From Flavobacteriales bacterium (GTDB lineage: Bacteria > Bacteroidota > Bacteroidia > NS11-12g > UBA9320): a DNA stretch of 64,000 nt. The stretch covers positions 136,771 through 200,770 of the forward strand of contig JACJZU010000002.1 of NCBI GenBank assembly GCA_020635435.1, read 5' to 3'. Position 1 is the first letter of the stretch. Each line of letters starts with the position of its first letter. This document shows positions 8,955 through 18,712 of this stretch, one piece after another. Position numbers and translations under genes: made by a program. The notes under the pieces are model-generated. The model was given only the letters and a program-made list of their open reading frames with translations. It had not been told where the DNA came from and made no database searches.

Positions 8955-10763
8955 ATGATTCTTCACTGGTTAGATTGGGCAATTATTGCCGTGTTCATCA
9001 TTTGTAGCCTGGCAATCGGGTGGTCGTACCGAAAAGTTGGGGCATCCGGACTTTCCGGGTTCTTTCTCGGCGGTAAGAATATGCCATGGTATTTGGCCGG
9101 CCTTTCGATGGTGGCCACAACCTTTGCCGCCGATACACCTCTGGCAGTTACCGAATTGGTTGCTCAGGGCGGTATTGCGAAGAACTGGTTGTGGTGGAAT
9201 CTGTTGACCGGTGGTTTACTCACAACGATCTTCTTCGCGCGCTTGTGGAAGAAAAGCGGCGTTCTCACCGAGGTTGAATTCATCGATCTGCGCTATTCAG
9301 GTATTGGTGCCCGCATTCTGCGCGGTTTCAAGGCCGTTTACCTCGGACTGTTCATCAACGTGATGATCATCGGCTGGGTGAACCTCGCATTCATCACCTT
9401 GATGCAGGTTTTCTTTGATATCCCGCCCGATGTAGTTATCTGGTATCTCTGCGCGGCTATGCTGCTCATCGTGCTCTATAGCAGTCTTTCCGGCCTGAAG
9501 GGTATAGCCGTTACAGATGCTTTTCAATTCGTGATCGCCATGGTTGGATGTATCATTCTCGCCATTCTCGTTTTAAGATCGGATCAAATAGGAGGGGTGG
9601 CCGGCCTGCGCGAGAAGTTACCGGAGAGTACGCTTCATTTTTTACCCCGGATCGGTGTTTCCAATGCCGTGTCCGGTTTTGGTATGACGCTGGCAACGCT
9701 GCTCACCTATGTTGGTGTGCTGTGGTGGAGCAGCTGGTATCCCGGTGCCGAACCCGGAGGAGGAGGTTACATCGCCCAACGTATGATGGGTACTAAGGAT
9801 GAAAAGAATGCAGTATACGCCACACTCTTTTTTCAGATCGCCCATTATTGCCTGCGACCCTGGCCCTGGATCCTCGTGGCTTTAGCAGCATTAGTACTCT
9901 ACCCCGATCTGGGCCCGGCCGATCAGAAATTGGGCTACGTGATGGCCATGAAGGACTACCTGCCTGATGGCTTGCGGGGATTACTGCTCGTGGCCTTCCT
10001 GGGGGCCTACATGAGCACCATTTCCACGCAACTCAACTGGGGTGCGAGCTATTTGGTCAATGATCTGTATAAACCCTTCATCGAACCACTCTCCGGTTCT
10101 GTCCCCTCAGAGAAAAAGGATATCCGGATAAGCAGGATCCTAACACTCGTACTCGGCATCATTGGCGTATACGTTACCACCTTCATCACCACAATTACAG
10201 GCGTTTGGGAGTTCATATTCCAATGTGGCGCCGGTTTGGGTCTGGTATTGATCGCCCGTTGGTTCTGGTACAAGGTGAATGTTTGGGCCGAAATAGCCGG
10301 AACCCTTACACCATTCGCGGTTTATGGGGTATTGTACTTCATGCGAAGCCGATTTGACGCCGCATTGGGAATTAACGACCCTGCACAATTGGCAGATTTG
10401 CATGCCTCAGTTTGGTATTTCGACTTTGGTTACAGCGTACTTCTGTCAGTATTGGTGACCACCCTGGTTTGGATCGCAGTAGCCTATGCAACTCCGGAAA
10501 CCGATCCGGAAAAGTTGCGTAATTTCTTCAACCGTGTTCGACCCTCCGGAGTGTGGACCGGCATCGGAACTTCAGACAATAGCAAGGTATTACCGCTGGT
10601 AGCTGCATGGTTATCGGCCGTTGTGATGGTTTACGCACTATTGTTCGCTACGGGGAAACTCATCCTCTTCGGGCCGGCAGATGCATTGGTTTATCTCTTA
10701 AGTGGAACAGCCTCCTTTTTCCTGTTCCGGTACTTTGCCAAGAAAGGGGAACTCTTCACCTGA
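8955..10763 (+). CDS. Sodium:solute symporter family transporter
   Basis: A polytopic membrane protein of about 600 aa with an SSF-like N-terminus (MILHWLDWAIIAVFIICSLAIGW..GFFLGGKNMPW). Start is the ATG at 8955, downstream of the box. Confidence 0.7.
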   Translation: MILHWLDWAIIAVFIICSLAIGWSYRKVGASGLSGFFLGGKNMPWYLAGLSMVATTFAADTPLAVTELVAQGGIAKNWLWWNLLTGGLLTTIFFARLWKKSGVLTEVEFIDLRYSGIGARILRGFKAVYLGLFINVMIIGWVNLAFITLMQVFFDIPPDVVIWYLCAAMLLIVLYSSLSGLKGIAVTDAFQFVIAMVGCIILAILVLRSDQIGGVAGLREKLPESTLHFLPRIGVSNAVSGFGMTLATLLTYVGVLWWSSWYPGAEPGGGGYIAQRMMGTKDEKNAVYATLFFQIAHYCLRPWPWILVALAALVLYPDLGPADQKLGYVMAMKDYLPDGLRGLLLVAFLGAYMSTISTQLNWGASYLVNDLYKPFIEPLSGSVPSEKKDIRISRILTLVLGIIGVYVTTFITTITGVWEFIFQCGAGLGLVLIARWFWYKVNVWAEIAGTLTPFAVYGVLYFMRSRFDAALGINDPAQLADLHASVWYFDFGYSVLLSVLVTTLVWIAVAYATPETDPEKLRNFFNRVRPSGVWTGIGTSDNSKVLPLVAAWLSAVVMVYALLFATGKLILFGPADALVYLLSGTASFFLFRYFAKKGELFT

Positions 10764-10837
10764 TCGGCGCATGGCATGGCTATTGCCAATGGCTACAAGC
10801 TTCCGCCTGGAGTGGAATACTGACAAATTGACGAATT

Positions 10838-13330
10838 ATGAACGATAAGAACGACGAAACGTGGTGGAAGATACAGTTGGGTGGCCCCGATATTAAAAAT
10901 GCGGAATTCATCCCGCTGGTGACTGATGAAGATAGCGAGAACGGCCCGCAGGACGAGATACCCAATGAACTTCCCATTCTGCCACTTCGGAACACCGTAT
11001 TATTTCCCGGCGTTATCATCCCTATTTCGGTGGGCCGGAATAAATCCGTTAAACTGATCAAAGCCGCCAATAAGGGCAACAAACTTATCGGGGTCGTTTC
11101 TCAGCGCGACCCGGAAATTGAGGATCCGCATCCCGACGATCTGTACCGGATAGGTACCGTGGCGCGGATCGTGAAGATGGTTCGTATGCCCGACGGAAGT
11201 ACAACGGCCATCATTCAGGGCAAACATCGCTTCGAATGGCAACGGATCACAGCATCCGAACCCTACCTGAAAGCGGAGATCAATCTGTTGAAAGGTGTGA
11301 AGGCCACTGCAAGCGAAAAGCTGGATGAACTGATCGGCAACGTACGGGCCATGGCCGAACGCATCGTTGAACTGTCTCCCAATATCCCCACGGAGGCCAA
11401 TATTGCACTGAAATCCATTGACAGTCCGAATTTCCTGGTGAATTTCATTTCGAGTAATCTCAATATAGGTTTGGAAGACAAACAGGGACTGCTCGAGATC
11501 GCTGAACTTACCAAGCGAGCCGAAATGGTCTTGGAGTATCTGGTGAAAGAGTTGCAGATGCTCGAGGTGAAGAATCAGATCCACTCCAAGGTACGTACCG
11601 ATATAGACAAACAGCAGCGCGAGTATTTCCTGCATCAGCAGATCCGTGCCATTCAGGAGGAATTGGGGCAGGATAATCCCGATATGGAGATCGAACAGCT
11701 CCGAATGCGCGGCGATAAAAAGAAATGGGACGATGCCACAGCCAAAGCCTTTAATAAGGAGTTGGATAAATTGCAACGCATGAACCCATCACTGCCGGAT
11801 TATTCGGTGGGCTTGAATTACGTTGAATTGCTACTCGATCTGCCCTGGAATGAGTATTCGAAGGATAATTTTGATCTCGACAAAGCCCGAAAGGTACTCG
11901 ATGCAGATCATTTTGGGATGGAAAAGGTCAAGAAGCGCATCCTGGAATATCTGGCCGTTCTGAAACTGAAAGGAGACATGAAGAGTCCCATCCTTTGTTT
12001 ATACGGACCTCCCGGTGTGGGTAAAACTTCCCTCGGAAAATCCATTGCAAAGGCTGTGGGTAGAAAATATGTACGCATGTCGCTGGGTGGTCTGCACGAC
12101 GAAGCCGAATTGCGCGGGCACCGCAAAACATATATAGGAGCCATGCCCGGCCGTATCATTCAGTCACTCAAGAAAGCGAATACAAGCAATCCGGTATTCG
12201 TTTTGGACGAGATCGACAAGATCGGGAACAGTTTCCGGGGCGACCCTTCTTCTGCCTTGCTTGAGATACTCGATCCGGAACAGAACAATGCCTTCCACGA
12301 TAATTACGTCGACTTGGATTACGATCTGAGCAAGATCATGTTCATTGCAACGGCCAACCGCTTGGATACCGTTCAACCGGCCTTGCTCGACCGTATGGAG
12401 ATCATAGAGATCAACGGGTATACACAGGAGGAGAAGGTGGAGATCGCCAAGAAGTTCCTGATCCCAAAACAGCGCAAGGCTCATGGATTGAAGGCAGGTA
12501 ATTTCAAGCTTTCCGATTCAGTGATCAGCCGCATTATCGATGAATATACCCGAGAGTCGGGGGTGCGAGGTCTGGAAAAGCGAATTGCCTCACTGGCCCG
12601 TGCTCGCGCCAAGCAGGTTGTGAATGAGGAAAAGTTCAGTCCGGCCATGAACCTGGAGGAAGTTTTCAAAACGCTGGGTAGCAATCGGATCGAAAAGGAG
12701 TTGTATCAGGATTCGGAGGTTGCCGGTGTGGTAACCGGTTTGGCCTGGACTTCCGTTGGCGGGGAGATCCTTTATGTGGAGAGCACACTCACCAGAGGTA
12801 AGGGCAAACTTACCCTAACCGGGCAATTGGGCGATGTGATGAAGGAATCGGCCCTTACAGCCTCCACGTTCCTTAAAGCGCATTGCGATTATTTGGACCT
12901 TGATTACCGATTGTTCGATCAATACGATATACATATTCACTTCCCGGCCGGGGCAGTGCCGAAGGATGGCCCAAGCGCAGGGATCACAATTCTCACATCG
13001 CTGGCCTCTTTATTCACGCAACGCCGTGTGCGTTCCAATTTGGCCATGACCGGTGAGATCACACTGCGCGGTAAAGTATTGCCGGTAGGAGGGATCAAGG
13101 AGAAGATCCTTGCCGCGAAGCGCGCAGGGGTTACGCATATCATACTCTCTGAAGTGAATAAGAAAGATGTGGAGGATATTGAGCCGCACTACATAGAGGG
13201 TTTATCGTTCCACTATGTGAAGAACATGCTTGAGGTTCTGGATCTCGCCCTTCTGGAAGAAAAGGTCAAGAAACCTCTGAAACTGGAAGTGCTTTCCAAT
13301 CGCGAAACGGAAATGTCAGATTTCGCTTAG
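10838..13330 (+). CDS. lon: ATP-dependent Lon protease (endopeptidase La)
   Basis: LON N-domain LPILPLRNTVLFPGVIIPISVGR, Walker A GPPGVGKTSLGKS, and catalytic serine PKDGPSAGITILTSL. Confidence 0.97.
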   Translation: MNDKNDETWWKIQLGGPDIKNAEFIPLVTDEDSENGPQDEIPNELPILPLRNTVLFPGVIIPISVGRNKSVKLIKAANKGNKLIGVVSQRDPEIEDPHPDDLYRIGTVARIVKMVRMPDGSTTAIIQGKHRFEWQRITASEPYLKAEINLLKGVKATASEKLDELIGNVRAMAERIVELSPNIPTEANIALKSIDSPNFLVNFISSNLNIGLEDKQGLLEIAELTKRAEMVLEYLVKELQMLEVKNQIHSKVRTDIDKQQREYFLHQQIRAIQEELGQDNPDMEIEQLRMRGDKKKWDDATAKAFNKELDKLQRMNPSLPDYSVGLNYVELLLDLPWNEYSKDNFDLDKARKVLDADHFGMEKVKKRILEYLAVLKLKGDMKSPILCLYGPPGVGKTSLGKSIAKAVGRKYVRMSLGGLHDEAELRGHRKTYIGAMPGRIIQSLKKANTSNPVFVLDEIDKIGNSFRGDPSSALLEILDPEQNNAFHDNYVDLDYDLSKIMFIATANRLDTVQPALLDRMEIIEINGYTQEEKVEIAKKFLIPKQRKAHGLKAGNFKLSDSVISRIIDEYTRESGVRGLEKRIASLARARAKQVVNEEKFSPAMNLEEVFKTLGSNRIEKELYQDSEVAGVVTGLAWTSVGGEILYVESTLTRGKGKLTLTGQLGDVMKESALTASTFLKAHCDYLDLDYRLFDQYDIHIHFPAGAVPKDGPSAGITILTSLASLFTQRRVRSNLAMTGEITLRGKVLPVGGIKEKILAAKRAGVTHIILSEVNKKDVEDIEPHYIEGLSFHYVKNMLEVLDLALLEEKVKKPLKLEVLSNRETEMSDFA

Positions 13331-13361
13331 CAGGAAGCATAAACTTCGAACAGAATTCAAC

Positions 13362-13400
13362 AAAAAAAAGCGGGGTGACAATTCAATGTCACCCCGCTTT
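13362..13400. terminator. Bidirectional intrinsic terminator shared by lon (+) and porV (-)
   Basis: An 11-bp stem, GCGGGGTGACA-ATTCAA-TGTCACCCCGC, has an A8 run upstream and TTTCTGTTT downstream. Confidence 0.85.
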
Positions 13401-13424
13401 CTGTTTATTCTTTCTTGTATTTGC

Positions 13425-14663
13425 TTAGTTGTTTCCGTTCTGTCCGGAGAAGGCCTCAACATCGAACAGCAGCGTGAAGCGAAGTGTATTCTCCAATGGG
13501 TGACGTTGCTGAATAGGTTTTAGGTAAGCCACATCCAAACCGAATACATTGTATCGCAATCCCACTCCAAGCGTGACGTAATTACGACCTCCCTTGGTAT
13601 CTGCCTCATGGAAGTAACCGGCACGGAGGGCCAATTGATCCTGATACCAATATTCCATTCCCAGGCTCCAGATCCACTCTTTCATTTCTTCAGCAAATCC
13701 TCCCGGTGCATCACCCAATGAACTGATCATACCCGACAATACCGGATCGTCGGCTGTTTCCCAGGTTTGGATAACGCGGGTCCCATCGGGGAAGATCGAA
13801 TCCTGTCCGGCAGAATTTTGAACATAAACCGGTTGTGGTGTCGGAACCAGCAGTTTGTTGAAATCTACACCAAATCCGATCTTGTTATGTTCATCGATCT
13901 CTGTTTTCCAGTACGTACCAATGCGGAGATTGATCGGGATGAAATCACGTTGAATATCGGTGGTATAGGTGATCTTCGACCCCATATTGGTAATGGCCAT
14001 ACCTAGGGAATAATCCCATTTTCGGCCACCCATTTTGGTGTCGTCGTGATAGTAGGCACCGATATCACCTGATACGGCACGTCCCGGTTTTATATCCACA
14101 CCATTGTATACACCTCTCGATACCAGGCGGCTATTGATGAATCGGGTAGCGATACCCAAACTCAGATTTTTAGAAAGGTTCAGTGAGTAGGCCAGATCCA
14201 GTGAGAATTCCTTGGGCTCATCGTTTCCGGTTGAATTACCCTCTTCATCAGTGAATTCAATGGTTCCTAAACTGAAGTAGCGCAGTGAAGCTGCAACGGC
14301 ACTCCGATTGTTCTGGCCAACCTTCATGTAGCCCGATATGTGATAGAACCAAATATCAGGAACCAGGGCCTTGAGCCAGGGAGCTGCACTGAGGGACATA
14401 CCTCCGTCTTTCTCAACGAACGACAATTTGCCGGGATTCCAGTGCACACTGTTTGCATCCGGGTCCGTCGCAACACCTATATCTCCCATACCCGCAGCTC
14501 TGGCATCCGGAGTAATGGTGAGGAATGGCACCGCAGTGGTGATCACATTTCGCTGTCCGAGCAGATTTTCATCGGTCTGCAATCCTCCTTGTGCATGGGA
14601 AAGGAGCGGTGCAAAACCTGCTGCAAATGCCAGCAAACTACTGTAAATACTGTGTTTTTTCAC
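13425..14663 (-). CDS. porV: Type IX secretion system outer-membrane shuttle protein PorV
   Basis: Signal peptide followed by TTAVPFLTITPDARAAGMGDIGVAT, typical of PorV/LptO. It is adjacent to porU. The start codon is GTG. Confidence 0.85.
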   Translation of the reverse strand: MKKHSIYSSLLAFAAGFAPLLSHAQGGLQTDENLLGQRNVITTAVPFLTITPDARAAGMGDIGVATDPDANSVHWNPGKLSFVEKDGGMSLSAAPWLKALVPDIWFYHISGYMKVGQNNRSAVAASLRYFSLGTIEFTDEEGNSTGNDEPKEFSLDLAYSLNLSKNLSLGIATRFINSRLVSRGVYNGVDIKPGRAVSGDIGAYYHDDTKMGGRKWDYSLGMAITNMGSKITYTTDIQRDFIPINLRIGTYWKTEIDEHNKIGFGVDFNKLLVPTPQPVYVQNSAGQDSIFPDGTRVIQTWETADDPVLSGMISSLGDAPGGFAEEMKEWIWSLGMEYWYQDQLALRAGYFHEADTKGGRNYVTLGVGLRYNVFGLDVAYLKPIQQRHPLENTLRFTLLFDVEAFSGQNGNN

Positions 14664-14695
14664 TTTCTACTTCTTCTTAAAGTACTATAATCGAA

Positions 14696-14703
14696 CAAAT
14701 TTA
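14696..14703 (-). promoter_or_regulatory. Bacteroidota-type -7 box (TAAATTTG) for porV
   Basis: Matches TAnnTTTG on the minus strand, about 33 nt upstream of the porV GTG. Confidence 0.35.
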
Positions 14704-14725
14704 GAAATTTATTTCAAACCTCCTA

Positions 14726-17700
14726 TTACCTCAACAACATTAGCTTTTGGAAAGCTTTGGCATCGGTGTCATCATCGCTTTTCATGTGCACTTTGTAGAG
14801 ATATACTCCTCGTGCCAGAGCATCCCCGAATTCGTCCTTGCCATCCCATTCAATCTGCTGAAAATGACCAGATTCCGCGAATCCGTTGTAGCGCAACGTG
14901 TTCACCAGATTTCCTGCTACACTGAAGATCTGTATGCTCACATCGATAAAGTGACCTACTTTATTGTGGTCGAAATGAAAAGTTGTGTGTGTAGTGAAGG
15001 GGTTCGGGTAATTGAGAATATGATTGAGCTGCAGTTCAGCATCCGGCGCAACAACGAACTCCGTATAGGCTTCGCTGCTGTTGTTGTACACGTCCCACAC
15101 CTTTAATTTCAGGGTGTGCCGGCCCTCGGGCAGTGGTTCCATCTTGTATTCGATCCGACCTTCCTGATAGCTGTCGAGTTTCGAAATATAGAAGTCATTT
15201 AGAATGAGTATTTTTTCCTCGCGCGTGCCTTCGTCCAAAATGGCGAGCAGATCCCTCCCGATTCCGTTACCAACCGTATTGATCCCGTTTTCATCAAAAA
15301 GATCGGCGAGAAGCAGAGGTTGTGTACCGGTTGTTCCCCCAAAGTTGAAACTGCTGTGATCGAGGTATAACTTGATGTCCGGTCCTTTCGAATCATCCGT
15401 GATCTTCTGTCCGGTTCCACCTATGTAGAAGTTATCCTGAAACCCATGTCCATCGGTGCTGCCGTTTTCGGCGTAGTAGGAGATCTTTCCCCTTCCGTAT
15501 TCATAGGCAATGTCCTTGGGGACCACGAATTGAAAACTGAACTCACCATTGATCACACTCACCTTACCTCGATACAGAACAGAATTCTGCATGCGGTAAA
15601 CCGTGGCGTAGCTACCCGGATCATTGGCCAGGGTGCGGTAATTAGCGAATTTGTCGAAGATCGTCGGATATACGAATCCGTTGAAATCCCGCACGATCTC
15701 CCCGTTATTGGTAATGGCCCCCTGTATGCGTACGCGTTCGAAGGCCTTCATGGTATCCAGGGGTTGCTGTCCGACCACGGAATCGTTGAAGGTGGTCGTA
15801 ACGATCTTATACTCCGGGTAGGCCACTTTCATGGCCGGATCGCCCAACAAGATGAAGTTGCGCTGATTAATATTTTTGGCCGAATTGTTCTTACAGCGGC
15901 TGTATACCTGTCCGAGTGTGGGTTTCTCCCCATCGTGTAACTCGAAGATGTTATGGTCAAATATCTGCTCGTTGAGGTCGGAATTGTTCCCGATTATCAC
16001 GAGTCGCGTCGTTGTGATCAGTCCGATCGCACCACCGTTCTTACTGAACAGCATCAACTCTCCGGGCGACTTTTCAGCGGGGTCATCGAAGCGGCTCAGT
16101 TCACATGTGGCGGTGATCACCAGTGGTAGGGCGCGCATATTCTCCCAGGCAAGGATCTGATCGCGGGTGATCACACGTTCATGTGCCATTCCGCTTCCAC
16201 CACCGTGCCCGAGGTAGTTGAAGATAAGATGCCCTTTTTCGAAGGCCTTGTTGATGGCAATATTCACCTCCGGATACTTCTGTCCGCTCCCAAACGAGAT
16301 CTGTTCAAAAGCGTCCAGATAGATCTTATTGACGTTGTATTCCTTTTTCTGATCCAGTATAAAAGCCGTGACCACCTCCGTGTCCCAGAAATGCGCATTG
16401 GCATCTTCATCATCACCCAGGAATGTGAGTCGATTGCGCCAGTCTCCATAGGTTTCAGGATCGTGGTATTCTATGATCTTATCAACAAACAGTTCCGCTT
16501 CGGAAAGATTTGCCGCCGGAATGCGGCCTACCGCGATATCGAGACCTTCCTTGGCCCCGTTCACATCGAAATAGCCCTCACCATCCTCGAGGATCGCGTA
16601 GTAGTCATCGGACGAATAGGTACTGACCGGAACGTGTGAATTCCTGCTCTGAAAAGTAGGGACGAGGTCGGAGTTATTGCGTGTGTAGTCTTTGTAGTCG
16701 TAGCTCCCGTCGCCGAAGAGGAGGATGTACCGCAATGGGGTCTGACTCAGTTTGCCCCGGTCGAACAACATCTTGGCAAAATTTCGTATAGCGGTGGGGT
16801 CTTCTTTCCCGGAACTGAACTCATTGTAGATCTGATCTGTGCTGGCCACGAGTGTGCTGTGCCCATAATATTTCGTGTGAAAATCGGCCAAACGGTTTGC
16901 TGCCTTGAGCAGATCCGGATGGACCACGATCAGATAATCAACCGGTTGTGCCCCGTGCAGATTCTGATTGTTGATCTTGCCTATGGGCTCGGGTCGGGCG
17001 GCATCGGCCTCCTTGAACAGAACGAATGCCGGTGCAGTGAACCCGTTGCGAATAACGCAGCTCAGTCGGCCGGAACTGGGTTCGAGTATTTGTTCAACCG
17101 GGTTCAAAGGGTCGCTGATATCCCAGCTTGTGAAATCACCGTTTTCGAACTCCAGTCGGACACGGTCTCTCGATGCTGCCTTTGGCAGGAAGATCGATGT
17201 GGTCTGATTCCGGTACTTCAACTCGCGCGGAACCTGAAGTTCGATGAAATCGATCCAGGCATCTCCCTCGGCAGTGGTTTTAGTATACCGATAGCTAACG
17301 TCGATCCTACCGGAATTCAATGTGAAATCAGCGGTTTCCGTGATCGGGGATGCATGATAACTCGACTGATAGTCTCCGGGAACCGAGCCTATGGATCGGC
17401 TGAAAACGTTCGTACCGTTCACGCTCACCGAGTAATTAGATGCAAGGGTCGATCGGGCGGTGAAACGGTGCCGGATCCGGGCCTTTTGGCCGATGGCCGC
17501 GTCGGCAATATCGAAGCTGAAGGTCTGTTGGGTATTATTTTTAAATGAATTTCCCCACCAGTCGCGCCCCGACTGCAGGAAATTGAATTCATCGTTATTG
17601 TGCACCGTGAGATGTTCACCCTGACGGAATGTGGTGTCGGATGTATTGCCCAAGCCGGCTATTCGGGAAATTATACGTTTTCCTCCCGGAGCTATAGTGA

Positions 17701-18601
17701 GAAACAGGTAATTCTGTTTTTCAGCATAATGATATTGTCTGCGGAAATCTCCGGTATTCGGATCAAAACGCCAGACGTCGGCAGTTTCTGCATACAATAA
17801 TATAGCGTCTTCCGGGTCGAACCGGTTGTTGGAATTCTCATCGAAGATTTTCAACGGCAACTCGATGAGGTCGTCGCTTGCCGGTTGATCCATAGGTTCG
17901 GGCAACAAACCCCCACTGTGTCCGTAAACTCGTATCGCATTCGGATCCAGACCATTCAGATCCAGACCCAGCTCACTGAGAAATTCGGCATCCAGTTTAT
18001 AGACCCCGGTGAGGGGGATGGCCATTTTATACCATTCGCCGCTTGAGAGAACGGACTGACCGGCAAAATCCATTTTATTGAGTGTATTTCCCTTGCGTTC
18101 CGACAGGCCTGCATTTTCCCGCTCCCCGTAGAAATTGATCCGGAATCCGGTAAGTTTCTCCACTTTTCCTGCATCATTTCTGAATGGGAACAGTTTGAGG
18201 TTCAGGAAGTACTTGCCGTTTGAACTGTGGACGTATTGCTCTACAATTGTTTGTTCGAATTGTTCGATCGCACGGATCGGTGCAGCGTTTGAGCCGTTGT
18301 AGGTGTCATACCTGAGATCCGCCACTACGGCGCGCATATTTTTAGAGTGTACCGGGAATTGATAAAAGAGAAAGGGAACGAGTTCATCGCCTACGCGTTC
18401 AACTTGTCGGTCTTTAATGGGGAACTCGGTCTGTTTTTCACTGGAACCCCACAATACGGTGATGTTCTGAGAAAAAGATTGCCCAATGCTCTGATGCCCA
18501 AAAAGGCAAAAGATCATGACCGTAAGTATGATTCTTCTCCGATGCACGCTCTGAAAATTTTGAATCCCGCCGAAAACGGTTATTTGTTCAACAATTTGCA
18601 T
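14726..18601 (-). CDS. porU: Type IX secretion system sortase PorU (C25-like peptidase)
   Basis: Supported by its ~1290-aa size, its position next to porV and gldJ, a gingipain-like central region (YILLFGDGSYDYKD, GHGGGSGMAHE) and its own CTD-like C-terminus. The start is uncertain: a TATTTTTG box abuts the ATG at 18601, and a GTG at 18547 would give a canonical signal peptide (VHRRRIILTVMIFCLF). Confidence 0.85.
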   Translation of the reverse strand: MQIVEQITVFGGIQNFQSVHRRRIILTVMIFCLFGHQSIGQSFSQNITVLWGSSEKQTEFPIKDRQVERVGDELVPFLFYQFPVHSKNMRAVVADLRYDTYNGSNAAPIRAIEQFEQTIVEQYVHSSNGKYFLNLKLFPFRNDAGKVEKLTGFRINFYGERENAGLSERKGNTLNKMDFAGQSVLSSGEWYKMAIPLTGVYKLDAEFLSELGLDLNGLDPNAIRVYGHSGGLLPEPMDQPASDDLIELPLKIFDENSNNRFDPEDAILLYAETADVWRFDPNTGDFRRQYHYAEKQNYLFLTIAPGGKRIISRIAGLGNTSDTTFRQGEHLTVHNNDEFNFLQSGRDWWGNSFKNNTQQTFSFDIADAAIGQKARIRHRFTARSTLASNYSVSVNGTNVFSRSIGSVPGDYQSSYHASPITETADFTLNSGRIDVSYRYTKTTAEGDAWIDFIELQVPRELKYRNQTTSIFLPKAASRDRVRLEFENGDFTSWDISDPLNPVEQILEPSSGRLSCVIRNGFTAPAFVLFKEADAARPEPIGKINNQNLHGAQPVDYLIVVHPDLLKAANRLADFHTKYYGHSTLVASTDQIYNEFSSGKEDPTAIRNFAKMLFDRGKLSQTPLRYILLFGDGSYDYKDYTRNNSDLVPTFQSRNSHVPVSTYSSDDYYAILEDGEGYFDVNGAKEGLDIAVGRIPAANLSEAELFVDKIIEYHDPETYGDWRNRLTFLGDDEDANAHFWDTEVVTAFILDQKKEYNVNKIYLDAFEQISFGSGQKYPEVNIAINKAFEKGHLIFNYLGHGGGSGMAHERVITRDQILAWENMRALPLVITATCELSRFDDPAEKSPGELMLFSKNGGAIGLITTTRLVIIGNNSDLNEQIFDHNIFELHDGEKPTLGQVYSRCKNNSAKNINQRNFILLGDPAMKVAYPEYKIVTTTFNDSVVGQQPLDTMKAFERVRIQGAITNNGEIVRDFNGFVYPTIFDKFANYRTLANDPGSYATVYRMQNSVLYRGKVSVINGEFSFQFVVPKDIAYEYGRGKISYYAENGSTDGHGFQDNFYIGGTGQKITDDSKGPDIKLYLDHSSFNFGGTTGTQPLLLADLFDENGINTVGNGIGRDLLAILDEGTREEKILILNDFYISKLDSYQEGRIEYKMEPLPEGRHTLKLKVWDVYNNSSEAYTEFVVAPDAELQLNHILNYPNPFTTHTTFHFDHNKVGHFIDVSIQIFSVAGNLVNTLRYNGFAESGHFQQIEWDGKDEFGDALARGVYLYKVHMKSDDDTDAKAFQKLMLLR

Positions 18602-18602
18602 C

Positions 18603-18610
18603 CAAAAATA
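18603..18610 (-). promoter_or_regulatory. Candidate -7 box (TATTTTTG) for porU
   Basis: Matches TAnnTTTG on the minus strand, 1 nt upstream of the first ATG of the ORF. Confidence 0.3.
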
Positions 18611-18696
18611 TTGTTTCTTAAGGGTAATATTTTGAGCGGAAGGTACCTGAGACTAACTTTACACGATTTTTAAATGAACCTAACAATTCAAACTCC

Positions 18697-18704
18697 TATA
18701 TTTG
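18697..18704 (+). promoter_or_regulatory. Candidate -7 box (TATATTTG) for the PorP/SprF-family gene
   Basis: Matches TAnnTTTG, 8 nt before the ATG at 18713 and 26 nt before the ATG at 18731. Confidence 0.3.
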
Positions 18705-18712
18705 ATCTTTTG

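Noticed and set aside
11000-11776. A 258-aa minus-strand ORF inside lon. Similar cases: 16859-17548 in porU, 20607-21251 in gldJ, 22265-22858 in ahcY, 25496-26089 in the DUF3822-like gene, 56605-57321 in lpdA, and 60569-61258 in the S8 gene
   Set aside because: All lie antisense to genes with clear family signatures and show no recognisable motifs. They are typical shadow ORFs.
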